Of a stretch of 64,000 bases of DNA, positions 1 to 12,062 are shown piece by piece (the stretch's first letter is position 1; each line of letters starts with the position of its first letter). The notes beneath the pieces are model-generated. The model was given only the letters and a program-made list of their open reading frames with translations, was not told the origin of the DNA and searched no databases. Origin of the DNA: Antedon mediterranea. Its lineage: Eukaryota > Animalia > Echinodermata. The stretch lies in assembly GCF_964355755.1 (NCBI RefSeq), contig NC_092670.1, forward strand, positions 12,386,795 to 12,450,794, in the 5' to 3' direction. Position numbers and translations under genes: made by a program.

Positions 1-700
1 ATCTTTCTTTCTAAAATAAATGGTCACTATAGTTTCAAACTAGGCTTAGTCCACCACATTAGTAATTACGAATCGAAACCTAAATTAAAATTGTTGGTAT
101 TCTTTGGCCGTTGTTTGATTAATTACATCTTCATGCCATGTTTTTTTTTTTCTCTAATGATTTGTCGATACGCTCCTATATTAATTAGGCCTACTAGCAG
201 AGGGTTCGATGAGTTTTGAAAAGTTATGGAAATGTGGTCTAACATATAGCAATTCAGTTTTTTAAGGCCCTTCTTCCTTGTCCGAGCCTTTGGAAATATT
301 AAAAAGTTATATTAATATAATATATTCTGTGTTTTCATGTTTTGAGAAATTGTATATCATTTCAGATGTTTCGCGCTGCGCTTTTATTTGTTTCGCGCTT
401 CGTCTTGTTCGAGCTTCCTCCGTACATACCGATAATTAATATGATTTTTCATTTCATTTTTTGTACATTATTAACAAATAGCATACAGAACCCCATACAG
501 AACATACCCTTCTCTGAGAAAACACTTGTGGGCGATTCCCCGAATACGACATGATGGAATAGCTTTGGAGACTTTGACTTTGGAGTAGGCCTAAATCGAA
601 ACGTCAAGCAACTCAACAGTTCTTTTCAGAACTAATATAGGCCTACGTGGTGTACCCCAAATTTATATCAACAAATATGTAACTTGTTTAGCACGTTTAA

Positions 701-2150
701 AATGGATAGCAAAACATATTAAAAAAAAAAACCTGAATTATTTCAAACAGACAGCACATTAGTTCAAACGGATAGCACAATAGATAGCTCAATCAAATGG
801 ATATAACTATGATATAACTGTACTGTGCATTCTATACGGATTATCGGGTAGCACATTCTTTCAAATGGATAGCACATTCTTTCAAATGGATAGCACATTC
901 TTTCAAATGGATAGCACATTCTTTCAAATGGATAGCACATTCTTTCAAATGGATAGCACATTAGGTAGCACAATCAAATGGATATAGTACTGTACATTAT
1001 TCTATGATTATCGGGTAGCACATTCTTTCAAATGGATAGCACATTAGGCCTATTCAAATGGATAGCACTTTCTTTCAAATGGATAGCACATTATTTCAAA
1101 TGGATAGCACATTATTTCAAATGGATAGCACATTGGGTAGCACAATCAAATAGATATAGTACTGTACATTATTCTATAAGGATTATCGGGTAGCACATTA
1201 TTTCAAATGGATAGCACATTAGGTAGCACAGTCAAATGGATATAGTAGGCCTACTGTACATTATTCTATACGGATTATCGGGTAGCATATTCTTTCAAAT
1301 GGATAGAAAATTATTTCAAATGGATAGCACATTCTTTCAAATGGATAGCACATTATTTCAAATGGATAGCACATTAGGTAGCACAATCAAATGGATGCAA
1401 TTGTACTGTACATTATTCTATACGGATTATCGGGTAGCATATTCTTTCAAATAGCACATTATTTCAAATGGATAGCACATTGGGTAGCACAATCAAATGG
1501 ATATAGTACTGTACATTATTCTATAAGGATTATCGGGTAGCACATTATTTCAAATGGATAGCACATTAGGTAGCACAATCAAATGGATATAATTGTACTG
1601 TACATTATTCTATAGCCTACGGATTATCGGGTAGCACATTCTTTCAAATGGATAGCACATTAGGTAGCACAGCCAAATGGATATAGTACTGTACATTATT
1701 CTATAAGGATTATCGGGTAGCACATTCTTTCAAATGGATAGCACATTAGGTAGCACAATCAAATGGATATAGTACTGTACATTATTCTATACGGATTATC
1801 GGGTAGCACATTCTTTCAAATGGATAGCACATTCGTTCAAATGGATAGCACATTGGGTAGCACAATAAAATGGATATAGTACTGTACTGTACAATTCTAT
1901 ACGGATTATCGGGTGCACATTATTTCAAATGGATAGCAAATTCTTTCAAATGGATAGCACATTATTTCAAATGGATAGCACATTAGGTAGCACAATCAAA
2001 TGGATATAATTGTACTGTACATTATTCTATACGGATTATCGGGTAGCACATTCTTTCAAATGGATAGCAAATCATTTCAAATGGATAGCATGAATTTGGG
2101 TAGCACAATCAAATTGAGCACATTGGGTAACACATTGCATCAAATGGGAG
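701..2150. repeat. 21-bp minisatellite (GGATAGCACATTCTTTCAAAT) with higher-order blocks
   Basis: Many tandem copies of aaatggatagcacatt(c/a)tttc, interspersed with recurring longer blocks (taggtagcacaatcaaatggatatagtactgtacattattctatacggattatcgggtagc). Explains the repetitive ORF 764..973. Confidence 0.95.
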
Positions 2151-2169
2151 CCTACTGTACAGTTATTCT

Positions 2170-2345
2170 ATTGAATTGAATTGAAATATATATTTATACT
2201 GGGTAACCTCTTCAGTCAAAGACTGGTCTCCCAGAGGGCCCAGTTGGTGATCAGTGGCTGTGATGTACTAATACACCGGGGTAACCCCCCCCCCCCCCCA
2301 CTCGTCTCGAAAGATGTACTAGGTTCTTTAAAGTACACACGAGCT
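2170..2345 (-). mobile_element. 3' part of a Deu-domain SINE
   Basis: Minus strand reads TAAAGAACC..TTTCGAGACGAGTGGGG..TTACCCCGGTGT, resembling the DeuSINE/AmnSINE central domain, and ends in a (TTCAA)n-like tail. Confidence 0.6.
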
Positions 2346-3789
2346 AGATGTGTATTCTATTATCGGGTGTAGCACATTAAAATTGAGAGGATAAGATGGA
2401 CATCATAATTTATTATTAAGGGGAAAAACAGCAAATCCTTACTGAGGGGACACTCTTATAAAGCGGACATTAAGGGGACGGGGAACATTTAAGCTTAGTG
2501 CCAATGTTCACTCAATATATTTTCCATCACAAAATAACAAAAAAGACGAAATATTTATATCCATTTATCGTTATTAAATAAAAATGGATATCATGATAAT
2601 TATGATACTTTGTTTGTCTTGAAAGTTGTCATTGGTGAAACGTTGTCTGCTACATTTTGAATTTCAGAGTTCAGATCAGTATTGGTATTGGTTTTCCGTG
2701 ATCTATTCTAACTAATGAAACAATTTTTAGAAAATGGTATATCTGATAGATATCATCTAAGTGATGTTTTACATATAAGTTATAACGTTTAACTTTTCAT
2801 TCTCCATACATTCAATTCTTTTAATATAGTTCTTGTATAACACCATATCAAGTAGTAGTAGAAATTATTGTAGGGTTTTCTTATTATTCAGTCAATTCAG
2901 TGTTTCTATACAGAAAAGAGTAGTCAGTGGCCTTAACATCAATTAATTGTATAATTTGCACCCAAGGTCGAATAGCAAGAAACTCAGGTCCAGTTACATT
3001 GGTGTTCATTGGTCAATAGAAAATGAACAGCACACTTATGGGTGGTGACAAAGTTTAGTTATTGATAAGTTGTCCTTGGGAAAAACACATTAGTTGGGTT
3101 GACCATGGGCTGACAGAGTTAACGACTTCGTAACGCTATCCGGGGCTCCTGCGCCTAATGACCACCTAATTTCACTATCATGGGATGCCCATTGACATCC
3201 TTATACCAATACCACCAGCGACAGACATTTTGTCTGCTGCAATGCCCGTCAGACCCACCGAGGGAGGGCCTAAAAATGGGGTTAGCATAGAATAGTAAGG
3301 TACCACTCAAAATTAATGCCAAATGAACAAGTTGTGTTCATACAATACTAAATGGGTAACGACAGACTAATTGTCTGCTGCACCGCAAGTGCCAGACACA
3401 CAAAGTTTGACTGGAGACCCCCTTCCTCCAACTGGCATAGATTAGATATTGTAGATACCACCAGCAACCAAGGCAGTGGTTGTCTATATAGGCCATTTCA
3501 TATTCATTACAGGTTGGTTGCTGATGGTATCTACAATATCTAAGGTTACATATGGTATACTTATGGTAAGGGGAGTCTCTAGTTAAACTTTAGAGGGTTC
3601 TGCCTGGGCCAAGGATAGTGTAATAGGTCATTTCGTATTCCTTACAATGTGCTAAATCATATAACATTGGTTGCTGTCGTTGGTGATATTGGTATATATA
3701 TATGGTATATATACATGGTTACGTAAACAAGAATAAAAAAAAAAAAAATCAATTATCGTAGAGTATATAATAAGCATCATTCAGTTAAA

Positions 3790-3922
3790 CTATGTCTCAT
3801 TTGAGGCTTAGGGAGTGAAAGAGTGTGAGTTATAACCATATATGGCGGCACTAAATCAGGATTGAACCCCGGACCTTAGGATTGGAAGGCAAACACCAAC
3901 CTCTATGATACAGCTCTACTCC
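3790..3922 (-). mobile_element. tRNA-derived SINE head fragment
   Basis: Minus strand ggagtagagctgtatcatagagg...ccggggttcaatcctg contains a Pol III B-box-like GGTTCAATCC. No full cloverleaf. Confidence 0.45.
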
Positions 3923-4528
3923 AATGGCTGTCAATGGTGAAAACATAACGGCACACAACATAACATAAACATGCTTCGTAGTTTCTTTTCTCCAACTACA
4001 ATTTGGTTTTTAATTACTCCTGTAAACAATGTGCATTATGATGATTACGTCATTTTATAGACAAAGGAAACTTTATAGTATGCGTTTTCAAAAATAGGTG
4101 AATAAACATATACAGTACATATTTGTTTTTTTATTGACGAGGTTGTAATAGTAACTTCAGTAACTATTACAGTATTTATTTGTTATACGACACAAGACAA
4201 GTGTATCTGATAGGTACGTACATTTATTCGAAAAAATAAGTCTAGATAGATAACTTAGGCGTCTGAAATCACGGCCCAACAAATCAGTACTCATGACAGC
4301 AATTCGATCTAGTTTTGTTCACACAAATGTTTCCAGGAATTTTAACACCGCAACCAATGATTAGCCCTAAATATTTAGTAAACTGTATGATAATCCCTAG
4401 CTTAATAAGAGGTACACTATACAGTTTAATTCAGTGCACAAACTGCAGTGTTCGCAGCTTTCACGCTACAGTAATTTCACTGCAGACTTCGTACGCAGTT
4501 GTTTACCGCTTGAAGATTTGGACGCTTA

Positions 4529-4915
4529 CACTGTAAAAAAAAATTGTTAAATTTACGGTAAAAAGCTGGCAGCAGTTTTGCCAAGGAAAACCCGTAAAAT
4601 TGACGGTTAAACTGTAAATTGTGTAACGGTCAAAAACCGCAAAACTAACATTTGTTTGTAATTTATTTTACGGTTAATTGTATTTTGTTTTACAATATAC
4701 TGTAAAAAAAATTTTCAATTTACAGGATTTTGTAAACAAAATTACATTGAAATTTAAAATAATTTACAGTAGACTGTATTAAAACAGTTTCCCGTAAATT
4801 AAATTACAGTGAACTGTTAAAGAATCTACGGTTTTCCAAAAATAACCATGTATTTTACGGTTTTTCCTTGGCAAAACTGCTGCCAGCCTTTTACCGTAAA
4901 TTTTTCAATGTTTTC
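4529..4915. mobile_element. CACTA/EnSpm-like MITE
   Basis: Starts CACTGTAAAAA. Inverted repeat of ~50 bp (aaatttacggtaaaaagctggcagcagttttgccaaggaaaa at ~4549 vs ttttccttggcaaaactgctgccagccttttaccgtaaattt at ~4862), internal ttac(a/g)gt motifs, degraded right terminus. Confidence 0.6.
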
Positions 4916-6121
4916 TTTTCTTTGTATACAGATGAGTCACATACAGTGCATCAGGAAACAAGTTTTTCATCTACGATAGCAATATTTAGATTTTTACTCC
5001 GAAATGTACAACACTTTGTATTTTCACATTACTATGTAAGACTGAAATGAATAAAGCAAAGCATTGTTATGGTTAACAAGGTACACTATTTATTACACAT
5101 TCTACGATTCTATTACCAGATTACAGGATAAAGTCCTAAATCACATATTACAAACCAAATTTTATTGTTACACGTAATAGATTTGTACTTTTTGTCTGTC
5201 TGTTGTATAAAAACTAAACAAATTCTAGTTTTCTTTAAATTAATGTATAAATGTAATGAAATGTACTTAAATTTGATTATGAATTGCAAAAAGATTATTA
5301 TTGATTTAAAAAAAAACAACAGTGGCCTGCATCGTCAAAGATCAAAGTCCAGGAGCCTATCCTGGCAAGTCAATGCTCATTGTCATGTTGCTTGATGAAC
5401 ATGCCTGTCAAAATTATAAAAATATATTATAAATAAAATTAAATATTAATTATTCCACAACATATATTACAGATGAATCAGGCGATACAACTGTAATGAA
5501 ATGTTAGCTTCAATTCAAGGTTAATTATAATTATTTAAACTGTATAATTATAATCATAAGCGTATTGTTGTTCGAGCAAATCAAAAGTGCTTACTACAAT
5601 AAAGCACAGGTAACTCACACCCATGGCCGGCTTGCAGTGTTGTAAAAATAACATGAACTCTTTAGTTGCTTTAAAGCTATATAATACACACAATACTTTT
5701 ATAGCCAGGGTTATTACACATTTCTTGGTAGTTATATTAACTGCAAATGATCTACAATTTAAAAATTTAAAAAATACAGTATGTACTGTATTTTATCATA
5801 TCCTAATATTACTTGTATTGTAGGTTTTAAATTGAAGGGGTGTTAGATTTTGACTAAATATATGTTACCATTTTACACCCTAAAAATAAATGTCCCTCCT
5901 TCCCTTCTGAACATTTCTTTGAATAAATACGGTTTCTATGTATGCAAACACTGATAAATGTACCTTTGCTAGGGGTTCTACAAACAATCAATTTTAATTA
6001 ATTAAAAGAAAGTGTAAATGGGCTAAGCCAGATTGTTGTAATTTTTACCCAAATTAAGTCATTTTAAATCTCAAAATAAATCATGATTAAATTCAAAATA
6101 AATATTTAAACCACCTACTTT

Positions 6122-6710
6122 TTATGTAGTCCATTCCAGGTCACTCATTTTGTTGATTATGGTGAGAACCTTAGGATGTATTGAATAATTCTTCTTATTT
6201 TTTCTGACTGCTGATTTTGACCCTTTGTCAGGATTCATTAGCATAAAGCTTCTGAAAGAAACAAAATAATGTAGTTTATCATAAATTTGATACTGGAAAA
6301 GAATAAGCAAATTGCATTTTATTAGGAAAAAAAATAAAGCATTCTAATATTTATAGTTGTGAACTGTTAAAAAGCTTGCTTTTATAGTCACTTTCAAATG
6401 AAAGACACATTAATATCACCAAGTGTTATATTACATTTGGTCTAAAAATAATTAAAAACACTACTGTAGATGTTCAAATTCAAGCCAGTAGCAGCATAAA
6501 AGCCAGTGAAACTATACAATAAGTATGCAAAACATACCTTTGAAAAAATCCATCGTAGCTGCAACATCTCAGCATTATACTGGATTCCAAAACAGTAGTA
6601 TGCAGCGAACAGCATTTCTAATCCAGACACACACACGTAACAATGTTATTATTAATACAACATGGCCATCAACAGCCAGCATCCACTTTGATGTTGTTAA
6701 AATTTCCTCT
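6122..6710 (-). pseudogene. Degenerate C-terminal exons of a SAMD3-like protein of the kind found in animal CACTA/EnSpm-type elements
   Basis: Two exons with GT-AG boundaries: WMLAVDGHVV..MLFAAYYCFGIQYNAE/AATMDFFQR (frameshifted) and SFMLMNPDKGSK..SIHPKVLTIINKMSDLEW*. Confidence 0.6.
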
Positions 6711-8875
6711 GTAAATTAAGAAAAAACCTAATAATTTTTTACAACATAACAAGCACACTTTTATTTGATACAAGAAGAAGTCTAAAAAAAGAGAACCTTA
6801 TTCTCAAGATGTTTCAATGCCAAAATAAACAATGCAAGGACTGGCTTTCTTTCTCCTTTTCATTTAAAGTTTGCAACACTTTAACATACTCTACTACTAC
6901 TACTGGGTGGGCATAGTCTGGACTAGTGAATCCTAGCTCGGCTAGTAGGCACTAACCAACCCAGGGCGGGAGGGGCCGCCGGTCCCAATTACATTAAAAA
7001 AAAAGTTGTATGTAGGCCTAGCTACTGTAGGCCCTATATAGTAGTTAATAGGCATAATTATTGTTATTTAATAATTAATAACTATAAATAATGTCAATTC
7101 CTGAAAAGATACTAGGCAGGCCTAGGCTAGGCCTACTTGTATACAATTTATGGTGGAATAATAATATTTAATATACTATAGGTTAATTAAATAGAAAAGT
7201 ACATTTTAATTACTTTATTGAATAATGTTAAATTCCTGAACAGTGAAAGTATACCGTATTTAACATGGTGGCCTATATAGGTCGGGATCCTATAGGTCTA
7301 CTACTACTACTACGGCTCCCTTTCACTTTCATCAACAACAAGACCTAGCTAGGCCTACTACTAGCCAAGCATTTGTATTTTGTACTGTACGGCCTAGCCT
7401 AGGCCTACCTCCTGACTGCTGAGTCCTGGTCTAGCTAGAGGCTTTTTAGGCAGGCCTGTATTGTGTACAGTAGGCTATGTCAGGCCAGAGTCTGAGAGTA
7501 AGTCAAGCCTAGCCTGGCTCTCTTTAACAGTTTTAACCAATTGCGGTTTGCTGCAGCACGTCGCTGAGAGTTATAGACCGGGCGCCCGGAAGATTTATTC
7601 ATGTGAAAAGATACAAAAGGTTTGATGATGTATTTAGGTGCGTATTAGGGCGAGATGCAATATTCGACATTGCTGCCGGGTCACAGCCTGTACATAGGGC
7701 CTGTGGGGATCATAACATAGGGGGGTAAAAATTAATTTATTTATGTGAAGCGATACAAGGATAAACTTTTTTGGATATCATTCGCAGTGGGCTACTAATG
7801 ATAACATCACCAATGACAGCAACTTTATCCTGTACGGGGCGCCAAACAGCAACATTTTAGGGCCACGCCCAAATGGGTTTATTCATGTGAAGCGATACAA
7901 GGTTGAATCTTTTTTTAATGGAGGCAGTATATATTGGGGATGTCAAAAATACCAATGACAGCAACTTTATCCTGTACATAAGCTCAGACAGCAGCCCTAA
8001 AGGTCCGCAGTTTCCCCCTATTCGGCTATATACTCGGTGCGTATGTCGTCTAATGGCGTTCAGCTGAGTTAGAAATACGTGATACGGACTCGGACTGACA
8101 ATAAATACACAGTAGAATGCTAAAACAATAAATAAAAAGAGCAGTTGTTTCCTGTACCAAATCATCAAACATCAAACTCTTAGGAACTGGCCCAAAATGG
8201 GTTTATCCATGAAGTGTGTAATCATTTTTGAAAAAAATGTGTTTTTTTTCACTTTATCCGGTACACGTACAGCAGCTAAAATGCCCGAGGCTCCATTCGT
8301 GATTAACAATGTTGATAATACAAACACATTCACGATAACGTGTGACTTTTTTTTTATAATTGAAATATATCTTTATTTTGGAATAATAAATAACACCAAC
8401 AAAAACACTTAAACTAACCAACAGCAGATTTGTATTTTAGGGTAACATTTTGAACAATCAATATTATATCAAAATCATTATTTCGATCAAAATAATATAA
8501 TTTAAGAATATTTTTCAGATAAACTAAATAATTACACTCATAAAGATCGACACCGGTACCGATTATTGTACATTATTATTATAACTCGATTTAAATATTG
8601 TTTTAATTACACACTAGACACTAGTGATATGTCTATATGAAAAAAGGCAACGAAATCTAAATTTGCAACATTTTTTAACATAACATAACATAATAGTAAA
8701 GTAAATAATAGTTCGAATTCAACATAATCACTTAGAGAATTGGTAAGGTATAGATTAGACTATCGATTGCAGACTATTAATGTATTTCTAACTCAATTTA
8801 AATAAAAAAAAGTAACCGTTTTCATGTGAATTAGACTGATAAAAACCAACAAATAACTTAATCTGCCAACATTTT

Positions 8876-9500
8876 AAACATCGTTACTTGTCCATAATGG
8901 ATCGACTACTGTATCGATTACTGCACATTGTTTTACTTTAACTGAAACAAAGTCAAATTTTTAATTGTTACTGTACTAACATTAGACAGTGATATCTGAT
9001 AAAAGGCAACATTGATTAATATTAATAATACTGAACCAAATTAAATATCGTTACTTATCCACAATGGATCGACTACTGTATTGATTATTGCACATTATTT
9101 ACTAACTAACATAAGAAAGTGATATCTGATAAAATGCAACAAACTGAATCGAATTAAATATCGTTACTTATCCATAATGGATCGACTACTGTATTGATTA
9201 CTGCACATTATTTTACTATAACTGCCCTAATCAAATATAAAATTGTTACTGTACTAACATTAGACAGTGATATCTGATAAAATGCAACATACTCAGGACC
9301 AAATTAAATATCGTTACTTATCCATAATGGATCGACTACTGTATCGATTATTGCACATTATTTTACTATAACTGCCTAAGTCAAATTTAAAATTGTTACT
9401 GTACTAACATTATACAGTGATATCTGATAAAAGGCAACATTAATAATACTGGACAAAATTAAATATCATTACTTATCCACAATGGATCGACTACTGTATC
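8876..9500. repeat. Internal tandem repeats (~120-170 bp units) of the Academ element
   Basis: Repeated ttaaatatcgttacttatccataatggatcgactactgta..gatta.tgcacatt. Further copies at 10780-11055 and, inverted, at 12320-12735. Confidence 0.85.
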
Positions 9501-9503
9501 GAA

Positions 9504-10565
9504 CATATGAATCTCTTGAGCAACGAAATAGCTAAATTGCCCCAACACACTTCACTGGGACATGGATACCACTGATTTCGCATCGTGATATTCTACAAAA
9601 CACTTGATTTTCATGTTCCCACCTAAATATCTCGGCTATTATAAATCGGATTTTTTTGGATAGTAGCTCAAAATAAACTGTAGACAATACTGAACATTAT
9701 GATATATGTTTGAAATTGTAAAGTTACAAAAAGTATGTGTCATTTTACGTTTTAAAACTCACCATCCATTGCCCGTTGACAGTGTAAGGTCAATTTTTTA
9801 CCTATTTTCTAAAGCACCACAGTGTTTTATTTGCAATTTAAGATCACTTGTAGGCCATCAATCATTTTGGATAGTTTCTTAAAAGAAAGCTGAATATTCA
9901 TAGATTCCTTACATACTTTTCTTATGAGCATTGGCTTAAAATAGACTGTGTCAAAATAGCAAAATCTATTTTGAAAAAATCTAAAAAATGCTCAAAAAGG
10001 CGGCAAAATTCAAATAGGGTTTGCCTGTGTTATGAAGTCTTCACTTGACAGACCGTTGGATTGTAGCTAAGTTTGAGGTTAATTTTTTCATTATATAATT
10101 GTAAGTAGCATTTTAATTTTTATATCATTCTAATGTTTGATATATAAGGAACAATTGTTAGGTGTTATTTAGTTCTATATGTCGTGTTTTATATTCACAA
10201 TTGCCAAATTAAGACACCTATGTTTTAATGATAGCGAGCTGGGATCTACCATTTTCATTCGGGTAATGGTTATGTTTATCTTTCTGTGACTTGGTTTGTT
10301 TAATGAATAGATGGTAATTATTACAAAGTCTGGAAATGTTCATACTATACTAGTTTATGTCATTTTAATTTTTTTGGTTAAAAAATATAATCAATCATTG
10401 TGGAAATTAGTTGTATTCATAATGGTTGACCCCCTATTATAATGGACGATGACAAGACTTGGGTTGCATGAACTTGGTATGAACTTATAAGTAGATAAAC
10501 AGCTCAATAGGTACATATTAAAAATCACTGTTTGGTTGCAAAATTTGCACCAAGAGATTCATATG
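9504..10565. mobile_element. Nested ~1.06-kb TIR element, superfamily unclear
   Basis: CATATGAATCTCTTG at 9504 and CAAGAGATTCATATG ending at 10565. Absent from the right arm of the host element. Possible ATAT or TA target duplication. Confidence 0.7.
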
Positions 10566-11458
10566 ATTTTACATGCAGTGTATGTAACTACCGACACACT
10601 GTAAAAGCACAATTGAGCAAAGACATCGAGGTTACTGGCTGTATTAAATAACTGAATATTGTACATTCATCATATTCCATTGTTACTAGCTAAACAGAAT
10701 ACACGATATAATAAAACCAATATTTTACAACTAACATAAGAAAGTGATATCTGATAAAACGCAACAAACTGCATCGAATTAAATATCGTTACTTATCATA
10801 ATGGATCGACTACTGTATTGATTACTGCACATTATTTTACTATAACTGCCCAAGTCAAATTTAAAATTGTTACTGTACTAACATTAGACAGTGATATCAT
10901 CAACATACTCAGGACCAAATTAAATATCGTTACTTATCCATAATGGATCGACTACTGTATCAATTATTGCACATTATTTTACTATAACTGCCCAAGTCAA
11001 ATTTAAAATTGTTACACTAATAACACTGGACCAAATTAAATATCGTTACTTATCTCTAACTGAACCCAGGTCGAATATTTTACATTCATTCAGTGTAACT
11101 ACCAACACACTGTAAAAGCACAATTGAGCAAAGACATCGAGGTTACTGGCTGTATGCATTAAATTACTAAATATTGTACATTCCTCATATTCCATTACTA
11201 GCTGAACAGAATACACGATATAATAAAACCAATAGGGGCTGGATTTCTTTTTACATGATTTGTGACAGCGTCATTTATAAATTTGATTATATCACACTGT
11301 AATGATACTGGATTCTTCTTGCCAACTATCTATGGATCAAATAGTTCAGTATTTACATTTGATGTATTATACAATATTTACTTCAAAACTCTCAAATGTT
11401 TTATGTAAACGATTAAAAACTATTAAATCAGCCGTAATGCATAATCTTTTGAGTGTAT

Positions 11459-12062
11459 CTATTCGTCATCATCACAGTCACTTTCACTGTCATCACTCCA
11501 AGGTTGGTCATCATCGATTTCAGCTTCAAAATCTATTATTTCAAGTTCTTCATCATAACTTTGTTCCAATATTCCTGCATAAGTATCGTCAAGAACTGTG
11601 TTTGATTCAGCACTTTGTTCCGAGTGTGGATCACTAGTCAACGTATCTGGTAGAGCATTTCCTTCAAACCATTTAGGTACATACCTTCCATCACCATTAT
11701 CAACCCATCATAGTTTAATGGGTGTAGGTTTTGTGTTGGCTGAGGAGTATGAGCGTGTCTCCACATAATAGATATACATAATTTGCCCTCGACAGATTCT
11801 GGGTGATTGTGATTTCACATGGTGGCAATGACGAACAGTTGATCTTCTTGAATTTCTTCTTTCCAGTTGTCATTTTGCGAAGCGATTGGTACCTGGCCTC
11901 ATTAATACTGTTCATGCCTTTAAACCCATATATCTTGCATACATAGGCAGTGACTGCGGGTTTGTCCATCCTGTCACCACAAAGCGATCGCAATGCAGAA
12001 ACATGTTTCTTGTCTTTCACTAAATAATATGTAAATGGGATTGACTTGCCTTTGCGGTAAAA
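11459..12062 (-). pseudogene. Academ transposase C-terminal (XPG-like) region remnant
   Basis: FYRKGK..YVCKIYG..INEARY..LPPC..RANYV/SIMWRHAH..HPLNY/WVDNGDGRYVPKWFEGNALP followed by an acidic tail and a stop. Two frameshifts near 11775 and 11709. Confidence 0.8.

Noticed and set aside
764-1454. Repetitive ORFs (MCYPFER)n and (FQMDSTL)n
   Set aside because: Translations of the 21-bp minisatellite, with no splice or coding support.
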